Assembly (NCBI RefSeq): GCF_000150275.1
Contig: NW_002060944.1
Location: 9,388,556 to 9,452,555, forward strand
Direction: 5' to 3'
Length of the DNA: 64,000 nt
Origin: Trichoplax adhaerens
Taxonomy: Eukaryota; Animalia; Placozoa
Shown here: in pieces, positions 26,126 to 38,293 of the stretch
How the letters are laid out: each line of letters opens with the position of its first letter
Numbering within the stretch: position 1 is the stretch's first letter
Position numbers and translations under genes: made by a program
The notes under the pieces: model-generated
What the model saw: only the letters and a program-made list of their open reading frames with translations
What the model was told of the DNA's origin: nothing
Databases searched by the model: none

Positions 26126-28478
26126 AAAGTCGTCTAATTCGATCAATATATTATTCTATTTACGGTGCCTGGATAATTTAGTGTAAGATATAGAATAATA
26201 TATAGTTTGTATATGATTTTAATCGTAAATATTAGTCTTACTTTTAATGTATAATTTATATTAAGGTGTAGAAAATACTATCCTCTGTGTATAATTTTAA
26301 TCGTTAAGTAATAGTCTTACGGAGTATGATAGAATAAATGCTAATAAGGTATACAGTGTTTTATGATTAAGAATTGATAATGAGATTTTTATAAGAATTT
26401 TACAGTTAACAGTTCTAATCAAAATGTTATGCTGTGTGTAATCGATTATTGGTAGAAAAGAAACAAGAAATGAGCTGCTAGATTAGATCAAATAATAGGA
26501 TGCAAGGCATGGATGCCAATAAATACGCATATGCTAACGCTTTGCACGACAGCTAAGTAATTCCAAAAACTTAGCTTTTTCTTTCTCAAAGCTGTTATTA
26601 AAATTAATATTTTAGTACGAATAAGCATTTATAAAGTACTTAATATAAAGGAAAAAATAATCATTAATCTTTTTTGAATCCTATGTAGAGATACTGGCAA
26701 TAACAAAGGCAATAAAATTAAGAAAAAATCAATATCTTAGTTTGATATATCGTTGATTTCTAAATTTTCGATGTGCAGCTTTTACTTACGGTTTATTTTT
26801 TGATAGTAAAATCTAATTTAATACTCAGAATAAAAAAGAATTTGGATTTTTAGAAGAGATAAATGCTGAAGTAAGTTTTGTTATAGTCTAGACTTCTCTG
26901 CAGGATGAATAATATCTGATAAATGAAATAACTTCGGTAAATCTGCTATATTTAATTTTTCTTCATTCTAATTAATGATTAATATAGCGATTAATTTATA
27001 AATGATCCTTAACATAGAGCTCAATCCTAAATAATCCTACACAATAGATAATATGAGATTATGTCAATTTATAGTCCACGTCATCTATCATATAATTATA
27101 AATGTGTGCTGAAAACTTAAACAAATAATAGCCGGAATACTTGCCGGTAAATGAAATTTTATTTCCTTTGTATTTGATTTTAGGGTGTGAAATTTACCGA
27201 TGCTATGATGATCTCTGAACAATTTGTCTTTAGATTTATTTCTTTATGTACGTATCCTAAAATTAAGCCATTTTCTCTGAACGCGGTATACTAAGCCATA
27301 AATTGTAGTAATTATAAACTATTATATGAATTAGACTAACAAAGGGTTGGAACCAACCCAGTCATCTTTTATTTTATTCGTTTTCTTTGCAAATATGCTC
27401 AATAGCTATCTTTCGTATGTTTTCTAAACATTGTTATCATGCAGTGTTTTGTCCGTTACTATAAAATGGAAGGATATTATGTAATAGCGAGGTTACCACA
27501 CGAATCTATTTCTAACTATAGTAATGAGCATTTGTTTTCAGTAGATTTACGATTCAAAAATAGATTGTAAGAAGAATGAATAAATTGGTAATCTATTTAC
27601 ATCTTTCGATAATAAATTGGAAAAATAGTTTTCTCAGTCTTATTAAAATTCAACTAACTTAAAAATAATTCTGTTTACATTATCCCTTACAGTAAGTAAT
27701 AATAAACTTCCATTATATTATCGAATCGCAGTAGTAAAGTGTGAATCAGATTTCTCCTAAGCTAATCCAAAGCGTGTAAGGTTATAATGGTTAAGCTTCA
27801 ACTTCCTTAAATAAAGTAGATTTCAGTAGAACATCATTAAACCAAGTGTTATGCATAAATCGAAATTTTTGTGATAGTAGAGTATTTATTTCAGAATCTG
27901 CAAATTATGGCTTCATTAAATGAAAGTAACATATTTGTTTAGATAGCTGTATCCCCACTCCTACTCTCCACCTCCACCAAATAAAAATGTTTTTGTATTT
28001 ATATTATTATAATATTATAAAAGAAAGATAATTATAGTTCGCAGTGCAGACATTTTAAACTACCCGTTGAAGTTTCTTTACCGAAGCTCGGTTTTGCTAA
28101 TCTAATCAAAGAGGCGAGTGCTGCACTGTGACAACTGTAGCGTTCTAATGATTAGAAATGGTCAGAAGTAGTTTACTGTAAACAAATGTTGAGATGGAAA
28201 TCTAAGAAAGAAGGCGAATGTTTTCATTTTCAGCTTGCTGTCTACCGTTGATAAAATAATAAAGATGACTCTTATTAAAAATCTGATGAAAACTTTTTGT
28301 TGAAAAGAAAAGGTCTTATAATTAAATTCTTTAAGGATACCAATTAAGATCTCCTGCAATGCTTATGTAAATAATGTATTTAAGCTATTTAACTAAAATT
28401 GAATTATACGTAACCAGATGATAATTTATTTATGTCATTAAATGTGCAAACAGAGTTATTTGCAGCTAGCACAGTGCT

Positions 28479-28896
28479 TGTCGCGACTGCTAGACTAGCG
28501 TCGCTAGATAATATTGTTCTTAAGGATTAATATCCTTAACTACCCATAGTTGTTACCGTTATCTTGTATTGCCGTACCGGTAAATGATAAATTAATGTTG
28601 TACGGTACAAGTATGTTTATTAGTCAATTGTGTTATACTGAAAAATGATATCTCAAGAATGTTATCGCAATGTTAGAGAAGTTATGCATATTCATGCCAA
28701 TGTAAGAGTATATAAATGAGGCGCTTTTACTATCTTGGGGAGTCGGTTCGAGTGTGAATTAGTAAGTTGGTTAGTTGTAGTTAATAAAGGTCGATTTCAA
28801 CCACCGATAGAAAAGAAAGGAAATTCATTTGTTGTTGGCTCAGCAGAAATTTCGCACGCTTCCGTAAATTCGTAAAGATCAAACTGAGTCACAACA
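28479..28896. mobile_element. Solo-LTR-like insertion (418 bp)
   Basis: Termini TGTCGCG...CACAACA; TSD GTGCT (28474-28478/28897-28901); TATA-like TATATAAA and AATAAA inside; empty site at ~40236. Confidence 0.85.
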
Positions 28897-29986
28897 GTGC
28901 TAAACATAATTAGTAGGCTGATTGAATGTTATCCAAATAAAATACTGTATAAAAGCAATTTATTTAGTAAATCTAATCTATTCTCACCCGAACCAAAATT
29001 AATAATGACAAACACAACCATCCCTAAACATGATAAATAAACCTACAATATTAATAGCAGCCGTTTTCGATTGACTAGCTGAGCCATGTTATAGATTACT
29101 ATAAAAGATGAGATTATCTACTTTATCACATATATAGAACTAAAATACTCATTAATTTCAATTGTGGCTAATTGTACTACACCTAGCAACTTGGTAATTA
29201 TTATAACAACTGTTATGAAATTCTCATCCTGTTGATGTATTGTTTTCGGTAATCAAATTTGACTGCAGATATAACTTTTATTTTCTAATTATGTCTTAGG
29301 AAATATTAAAACTGGAGTACCAAAACAGCTAATTTTTTTACGTAATATTTAGTCCTTAGGAGTAAATAATTTTTACATTTAATTAAGTTGAATTAGTTTT
29401 ATAGCTTCTATCTTATGTTTCAATGGCTAATTTGAGAAAGAGCATTAGGACATACACCAGTCAATCTCGATAGATATTGGGCCAGATGAAGTATAGAGTA
29501 TCGTATCATATTTGACTATAGCTTATTTCTGTGCTTAACCTATTGAGTGCATATCAATTTACTTTCGTGAAGTAATGAGATATCAGCACTTGAGGATGAT
29601 TGCATAGAACTGATAAAACTCGACTAAGCGCTATTTCTGGTGCACTTTATACGATACATTCTAAAAATTTAACAGCAATACCATTATCGTTAACATTGTT
29701 TTGTTGGCTCAAATAGATCATATCTAAATATTGCTCACAGAAAATTTGTAAGTAATATAGGTGGGTGAACATGACTTTATCCTAAAATAAAAATAAATTA
29801 TACTGGACTATTATAAATACAAACTAACTACTATACTGGCATTGTTAAGTCTAGAACTTGAATACAAATATAGCACGAACATGAAAAGACTACTCTTTCT
29901 AATCAAATTGTGTATCAAGAATTTAGATATACTGCATTTTATGTAGCTAAAATGCCAAATAAATAATTCTTGGCTCACGACGTAGT

Positions 29987-30923
29987 TTAATCTAAGAAAA
30001 TTTCATGATTGACAATATTGCTGGTCTTGCTTTCTTTCAAAGTAGCTGGGTAAACTTTCTGACGGCTGATCAGCAGAGACTGACGGCATAATTGACAATT
30101 AAGATCTTGAAATCGAAAGATTAAGTAAGTAGTGGATCAAGAATACCGTTGAACTAGGTGAAAACTGTAACTACTTTTTAAAATTGGCTGTACGTGTCGG
30201 GCACTTGATTGATAGTGCTGATACCTGAATGCAAATACGTTTGTTACGGAAATTGATGTAAGCATGATCTGAAGGCGTCTCTCTTACATAGGTGATAATT
30301 GAGATCCAAATGTTAAACTTGATTTCCTCAGTTTACATACCGTTAAAATATATAGTATTACGCGAATAGAATATGCTAGAACAAAGTAGCCTAATCGTAT
30401 AGATCCAAAGAGTGTGTGAATTGGTATCAGGTAAAAATCATCAATGCTGATGTTAGCATAAAAATCGATGAAATATAGCGATCTCTTATGGGCATAAACT
30501 TAGCGAATAGTAATAATTGCTTTCGTAACAAATTTAAATTCGATAGAAATTGGTCCACACAGCTTGTTGTGCTCATTGACCATTCATATTTAATTAACGA
30601 AAATGTACCATTGTAATTGAAGATATGTTGATAGTAGGGAATGTAGTAAGAATCTGATATAGTTAGAATTAAAACATAAACACTTCCTAAAAAATCAAAA
30701 ACTAATAAGTTAAATAACAGCCTAACGGAAGGATTTTAAGACTTATTGTGGGCTGCTGGCGGTACTCTAGTCTTGGTATGGAACTTTTATTGGTAATCGA
30801 CTCTGAAAATATATAAATATTAAGAATAAGATTTAAAGGGGAACCAACCATTGCAATCAACCATGCTAGCGAACGTAGAGAATCGATTTCAATGAAAACC
30901 GAGTATCTACTAATATTTGACAT
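29987..30923 (-). pseudogene. GPCR array copy 6, divergent pseudogene
   Basis: Starts MSNISRYSVFIEIDSLRSLAW and ends YLIFRFQ...NHEIFLD*. Frameshifts, and a deletion removing the DRF/TM4 region. Confidence 0.85.
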
Positions 30924-31849
30924 TTTTAAATTGGAAATTGAGCCATTTGATATTTGTTTAATTGTAATCAGAGTACGTACATAGCCAGTCGTTTATGCTA
31001 AGTCGTAGCATACAACGTATCACCTATACATATCTTATCTTCCAATACTAATCTAGAAGCGGAGAAAGTATAGATTAATTAATTATATGATAAAGCATTG
31101 AATAGCGCAGCCATCTACAATTAATGGCGGCGTCTGTGTATTTCAACTTTTATCGAATTTTTACGACTTATTCAAGCTTTTGTACCAGTTCGCTCGAATA
31201 AGTAAAATATAAATATTAATGCGTTTTTATAACATAACGGATATTACAATCTTATGAAAGTCTTTTATTGACGACTATTTCTATGCCATTAAGGCTATAA
31301 ATATTTATTCCGAAGATACCATACTGTATTATTAGTTGGTGAACGATTATAGAAACGCAATTATGCATAAAGTACGCGTATAATTGCTATCGTTGTTTGT
31401 GTTCAGAAATTATCGCGGAAGTAATAAAAAATGTTAATAATTACATCACCGTATAGAGATTGTTATTTAGTTTGTTTGCTGCATCAGGGTATCCTGTAGA
31501 TGATCCAGTATAGCGTATATCGCTCAATATTGCTCATGTTATCTAACGGAAGTACTAAAAATTTGCCACATATATTTCCTTACGAAAATTTTAGGCTATA
31601 GAATTGATATTTTACCGAAGTGAGATTAGAATCAGGTTATTCCAGAATAGTTTGCTAGTCTTGTTACCAAAACATATTAAAATCTCCTCGCATTATAAAA
31701 AAATTTATTTCATAGCCCGAAATGGAATAAAAATTAAAGTTTTTCAAAAGAGTAATGAAATAAAACGTTTTATTCGCATTAATATAAACGACAGTTCTTT
31801 CATTTATTAAAAAATGTGGGCTGTACGTCAAGTAAGCAATAACTTTTAC

Positions 31850-32860
31850 CTTTCACTTCTAGATACTATTTCGCTGCTGATAGAGCAGTCCACTCATATT
31901 TTAAAATTGAGATTAAGCGCACCGCAAGATCCAGTGCAGCATTAATGTAAGCACGTATAGTAAGCATTTTCTATAGTTTAGTAATTTGGTTCAGTGTTCT
32001 ATAAAGGAATTTTTAGCTATCACAGTTAAAGTGTAAATGTGCGAATCTATTTGTAGCAGTAATAATAATGAACATTATCTGAAATAGTTTTTTAGAATTA
32101 AATGATATTTAAGATGCAAATGCTAATCTTAATTTCACTCGCATTTATTTTTCTCTATATCAACAAGACTTCAACAATAGTATATGCTATCGTGCAGTAG
32201 CCTAACTTTATAAATACTACTACAACGTGAATTTATGTTAAATAATACCTACTGAGGCACAGGATTCGGTAAAACGTGAAGTAATATGCCGATCGAAGTT
32301 GAAAACAGGCTAAGCTACATGATAATTCCCATTATTGCAGCAAGACCTATAATCAATACCATAAGAGTGATAAATTGAGCTCTTTTGCAGTATATTTTCT
32401 TCTACTTTGTGAATGGGCAGTAAAATAAATCGATCGATACCTATAAAAAAGTTAACCATGCTAGCATAAATAAATAAATACTTGCTCGAAATTGAGCTAT
32501 GTCACATCTTGTACTGGTTGACTATTCATTCTTAATTAAAGTACCGTTTAAACTGTAAAAATATAGATAGTAACGAGTATAATAAGAATTTGATATCGCG
32601 AGAATTAAATATAAGTACAACACAAAAGATTATAAATCAGTAAGTTAAGAACAGTCAAATGGACGAACTTTTACGCGTAACAAGGAATAGCGACGACGTT
32701 CTTGTCTTATTGGAAATAGATTTGCTGCAGACTTCCGTATTGCATAGCAAAAAAGAAGTAGATTTAGCAGCAATCTGAATAATATGATAAATAAAGCCTC
32801 CAGACGTAGAAATCAGCTTCAGGGAAAATGGAATCCTGACTAAAATTATGTTTATGTCTA
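31850..32860 (-). pseudogene. GPCR array copy 7, highly decayed pseudogene
   Basis: Manual translation across frames gives NFSQDSIF, ISNSYYTRYY, LIKNE*STSTRCDIAQF, IGIDRFIL, LRSAYYFTFYRILCL and YINAALD, all collinear with the intact copies. Confidence 0.8.
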
Positions 32861-35727
32861 TAGAAGAAAGAATAATTGATAAATGTATAGTTAAAACTAC
32901 GGTACATTCGATAAAAAGAAGGTGGTGAAAAATAAAGTACAGCATTCTAACTTTTTATATATTTCCTTAGAATAAAAAATCTTATTTACTACGTAACTAT
33001 GATTAGACCACGTACATAATTTATTTCAGACTTATTTATCAAGTGTCACAAATTCAATAATACATTCTTTTTGCGATAGTCTAATAGTCGTCCTGAATTA
33101 GCACCATTTAGCTTAAGAAGTTAATTATAAGTTTTAATTTCTAAATCTCGCAGCAGCAGCTGGCATTGAAAATACAGAAGCTGTAGTCAAGTACTAAATA
33201 CATTGGAAGGAGATAAAGTAATTACTTCAGCGACAGAGATGAAAACTATCGTATTAAGTGAATTAGTAAAATTTAGCCAACATTGAAGCAGTCAATTTGT
33301 TTTGCTGATTACGTATTCATAATTTTTTGTGAGGATATCAAAATCATATGTACTAGTACACTTAATACATAATTTGACGATACCAGAAAATTATATCAGG
33401 CCATTTTATATCTCTGATCCAAGATTTCCTAGTTGTAATTTACAGTTATTAACAATTATTGACACAAAGAATCTTCGCGAACAAAAGCTATTAATATTCT
33501 ATTCTTTAGGATCGGATACCTCCAACTTAACGGTATTGATATTCCATACATGCAAATTCACCAAATACTCTATCGTAGTTAAGATGATGAAAGAACATCT
33601 TAAATAAACTACTACTCTAAACCTATTCTAACCTATTGTGTCTACTCGCAATTATTGTTGTAATTTGAAGTTTTATATAGGATAGCCTGGTAATGTCTAC
33701 GATACTCGGCATAAGCACATATCGACTGTAATAGCTACCCATAAATGCAAAAAGTAAATAAATCTATATGATCAACATAATCGTCTATATTAATTTACCT
33801 TACTAGCTCGATTGTTTAATGTCGTAAAAAGTTCAACTCGATCACAGGTACAAAATTCGCATATTGAATTTTTGAAGGATATTAATACAATAGCATTATC
33901 CAATATACCGGGCATACATAATAAATATAATTATAATTCATAATGAAAGAGATTATTTTTAAGGAATGATATTCATAACGAAAGACGTTGTCTCGTGATA
34001 ACTGTTAACTCATGGTATACATTTAATCAAGATAATCGTTTATTGAAACACTATATATCTATTCGAGTAAATTATTTACACTTTGCGCGTTATTTAATTA
34101 ATATAAGTCTGCAAATTAGTTTCTATCTGATAGTGATATTAACGCTACTTATAGAACTTGATAGAAGTAAAGTAAAGGGGCTGAAAGTCTAAGACAAGAA
34201 AGAAAATGTTAAATATGCTTCTACGCAACATTGCCAGGCATATTCTGATATTTCAACAGTGATATCAAGTTCATTAATTCCTCCTATTGAATATATAATA
34301 AAAATATTGCACCTTAAGAATCTTGATAAATAACAATAACAAATGTAAATAGAATTTAAAACCGTCTATCATATGCAGATGATAACTGAAAACCAAATAT
34401 TAATCTTAGCATCGTTAGCCTCCATATCACGACGATATATACTATCGCATTAATAGCATACCAGAAGTTATACATTGCAACCTAATCGAAAAAATCCAAT
34501 TATAGTGAGGAATAACCTCAGGTCAAAATCTCTATATATATTTCTATAAAAATCGATAAAATGTGGCTATCACTTATGAACGTAGGCAAAGCAAAGAGCA
34601 ACCACTGTTGTCGTTAGAGCTAAGTTTAAAACTCGTAAGACGATGGATTTCACAGTGTGTATAATAAAAACTAATTCAACGACAAGGAAGCGTAAAGAAA
34701 ATTCTATAAGCAAACTACTAGCTTAAACGCTTTTCTACTAACCGCACTTTACATCCTGCTACGTATAATAGTTGGAATTTTAATACGCACGTTCCGCTAT
34801 TATTTTCGTTGTTCAAGCGTATAATACAAGACATTGGCCTAATGATGGTTGCTAGTTTGTAATCACGCCATAGTTCTGATATCTGTTATTCATAATTATA
34901 CACATGTAATTACTTTGCCCTATGAGTCAATAACTAGCAAGTTCGGATGATTTATTTAAAATAGTAAATTAATTTTTATGATTTTTATCTTTTATTTAAA
35001 TAATAATTTGTGCCTTCTGCTTGTTGTGATTTAAATGAGAGCATTTTAAATTAATTATAATTTTTCGAAGAAAGAATTGCATTGCTTAATTAAGTAAGTT
35101 GTACGGTATAAAGATGAAATAAGATAATATAGGCTAATGTTTTATAAGCTGACTTCTATACATGATAAAATGCATCAGATATGCCGTACTGGCGCACAAT
35201 ATGATCACTGAAATTGAACACTCTAACCATATTTGCATGAAACATATTCATCAGATGCATTTGATTTACCCTTTTAAAATACTGCCTTAGCTACAACTAG
35301 AATTCTTTGAAAATTCTCGTTGCAAATTGAGTTAATTCTTATTCTGTGAGATGCAGCGCTTGCTAGTTCTTTTAGATACTAAAAAATTTTCCTTACATGT
35401 AGGTTATAAATTCACTTGCAGCATGATCCCAATAGTCATCTTTTACAATGTCATACTGGCTTACTTCCTTAGACGGCCACTTTTTACTTTGTATTAAGTC
35501 CGAGGGAATCCGAGCCGGTATAGTTCTAAAATTCCAATGTGATCCTTATCCAATCTGTTGTTGATGGTACTAATCTCTAGTGCATTCTCTATATTTTTTT
35601 AGCACAACCGACAAATATGCGATATGAATGCTTTAATTTCATATAATATGCAATTTGAAGTAGGCTCGTATACACCCATTAAGTACATGGAATATTTATT
35701 TTCAAAATAGCATAATAACTATTAAGA

Positions 35728-36260
35728 AGGGTCACAATCAAGGATTGGGACACAATGCGATCATTCAAATAGGTATTCATTACCCTCGTCGATCTAAGAA
35801 GCTTATTAGTAACTTGGTATAAAGTAAAATTGCTTTTCTAATAAATATAACTGTTTCTGTACTGATATAATTTGTACTAGTCTACCTTTAATCCCACAGA
35901 CAATTTTTACATCAACCTGTATATTCTATTCTGCATTACTATCAGATATTTTAGCTCAATCTCAGCATCATTCATCTAATCGGCTTCTGAAATCACATTT
36001 TATCTATCAATAATCCCTTTTAAAGAGATTTTTCTTCATGATTTCATGAATAAATTAGTTAACATTACAAATAATAATAACAAGTAAATAGCACTTTCGA
36101 AAAATCCGATAATAAACACAATAACTGTATATTAATGGCTATTTTATAAGCAGTCATAATAGTTAGCATGTTTTGATAATTATTAATAAATCTATGCACA
36201 GAAAATGCTTCTATTACTCAACTAATTAATAAATTTTACACTTTTAGTTTGCTATGTTCG
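35728..36260. mobile_element. Unclassified 533-bp insertion
   Basis: Flanked by direct repeat TAAGA (35723-35727/36261-36265); empty site TATTAAGATG at ~881; no TG...CA ends and no TIR. Confidence 0.5.
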
Positions 36261-37192
36261 TAAGACGTTAGTAAAGAAGAAAAAATTTATCCCCGTTGCT
36301 TATTTTTGCCTCATTTATAAAAAAAATTATCAAAATGAACAGCGATCTAATAGCATAATAGGATAAATTCTGATTTAATTTTTCGATCCTAACATTTTGA
36401 TGTTATTTTGCCCCATGCATAAATGAACCGCAGTGATGGTAAACAAAATTTTACTTACTGTAAGATGCATATACATATGCGTAAGGTTATTTCACATAAA
36501 TACCAAGGTAGATTTTAAATCATGGAATGGCGATCGAAAACTGCCTTGGTAATCATATTATGAATCTATAACTAGCAGTTTGTCATATTAACAACTTATA
36601 CATATTTCCAGATTCATTTTAAATGTAACTATTAATTTAATAAGAAACGATGACGTTACTGCTTTTCAGAACGAACTGACGAAATTCAAACAATGAATAA
36701 ACTCACCTCTAAATTTAGCCAAAACATGCCTAATATTGCACTATAAAAATACTGAGATTTGCCGAATAGTTAGCTAGTATTAATAGTGCTTTTACTTTGG
36801 CAATCTTTAAAGATACTTTTAGTCATCTATTAAAGTTCAACTAGTCAGCAAATTTCCTTTCAACAATATAACCGTGTAAGTATAATACAAGGATTATTCA
36901 ATACAAAGGGCTTCGAAAACGGTAACGTTATACTTATTCGAATCAAATTTGATTTTATTATTATCTTATGTCTAAATTTACTTTAATAAACTTGCTGAAA
37001 TTGTATAATTCTGTTAACTTACGAAACACTTAGGCAAGTTAGGTAAATTGTGATAGTGTATTTACGAAATATTCGGACAAGTTAGTTGTACTTTCATCAT
37101 AAGAACTAATCTACGTTTCATTAATCACATGTTTGCTTAATTTATGTCTGTAACTAACACTGCGAGCGTGTTCATTTGAAATCTTAGCGCGA

Positions 37193-38293
37193 TTAAACCT
37201 CTGTAATTACTATATTTTCATTTTGGCTAAATTTTGTTTCACTAGAAACAATCGGAATAACTTTAGGGCGGAGGCAATTTGATATCGGAGATTGACAATG
37301 TAGCTGACTTCTAATATCGTGAAATCGAAAGATTAGGTAAATCAAAGGATCAAGTACTGAATTAGAATAAGGAAGTAAAGTAATTATTTTTTGAAATTTA
37401 GATATTTGGGTTGGTGTTCCATTTACGAAACTAACCGCTGCCGAAGTCGAAATGAAAAAAAAAGCAAATATATTTGTCGAGGCAATGAGAATGAGCACTA
37501 CCTGAAATCGTCTTTCAAATGTAGACGATAATTGAGATCTAAATATTAATCTTGACTTTCTTAGTTTCCATATTATTCCCGTATACAAGCCAGCCGTAGT
37601 AGAGTAGGCGAGAATATAATAACCTAGACAGCTAAATGCCACTATGGAATGAATTGATGTCAAATAATATTCGCCAAGACATAAATTACGATAAAACTCA
37701 AAATAGTACGCAGACCTAAGGTGAAAGTAAGCGAAATTAAAGATGATAGTTCCGACTGACATAGTAACTCCTAATATCCATGATATTGTAGTTATAATTT
37801 TGGCTCTTTTTACTGTCAATTTCCAATTGCTATGTGGATAGGTAGTTAAAATAAAGCGATCAATCCCAATACATAAAGTTAGTGTTGCTGCCATGAATAA
37901 ATTCAAGTTTGCTAGAAACTGTGCTATGCCGCATGTTACGCTAATTGACCATGCATTCTTTATTAACGAAAAATTAGCACTTGAACCATGGATGTGTTGA
38001 TAGTAGTGAGTATAAAAAGAGTCCGATATGATGAGTATAAAAATATAAATACAACCCATAAGATCGCAAAGAATTAAGTTAAACAATAACCATACAGAAG
38101 GATTTTTATGAGCAATCATTGAATGATGACGGTGTTCTTTATTTCTTACTAAAAATTTATAAGTAATTGATTCCCATATCGTGTAGCTGATAAGAAATAG
38201 ATTTAACGGCAATCCAATCAAAGCGATACACCATGCTATCGGACGCATTACATCAACCTCAAGGAAGACAGAATATCGGCTGAAATTACCCAT
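37193..38293 (-). CDS. Class A GPCR, LGR-like 7TM without ectodomain (copy 8, 366 aa)
   Basis: Intact ORF with the same motif set (CDLMG, DRF, FYRNLCLG, NSVLDPLIY); in-frame TGA 10 codons upstream of the ATG. Confidence 0.9.
   Translation of the reverse strand: MGNFSRYSVFLEVDVMRPIAWCIALIGLPLNLFLISYTIWESITYKFLVRNKEHRHHSMIAHKNPSVWLLFNLILCDLMGCIYIFILIISDSFYTHYYQHIHGSSANFSLIKNAWSISVTCGIAQFLANLNLFMAATLTLCIGIDRFILTTYPHSNWKLTVKRAKIITTISWILGVTMSVGTIIFNFAYFHLRSAYYFEFYRNLCLGEYYLTSIHSIVAFSCLGYYILAYSTTAGLYTGIIWKLRKSRLIFRSQLSSTFERRFQVVLILIASTNIFAFFFISTSAAVSFVNGTPTQISKFQKIITLLPYSNSVLDPLIYLIFRFHDIRSQLHCQSPISNCLRPKVIPIVSSETKFSQNENIVITEV

Larger units (their letters stand above)
23370..26170. repeat. Recent segmental duplicate of ~17150-19590 (copy 4/copy 5 unit)
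   Basis: Near-identical spacer and gene sequence, differing mainly by the 23763-24121 insert and the ICL1 indel. Confidence 0.9.

Noticed and set aside
32655-32945. 96-aa ORF as an independent gene
   Set aside because: Largely an off-frame reading of the decayed GPCR copy 7.
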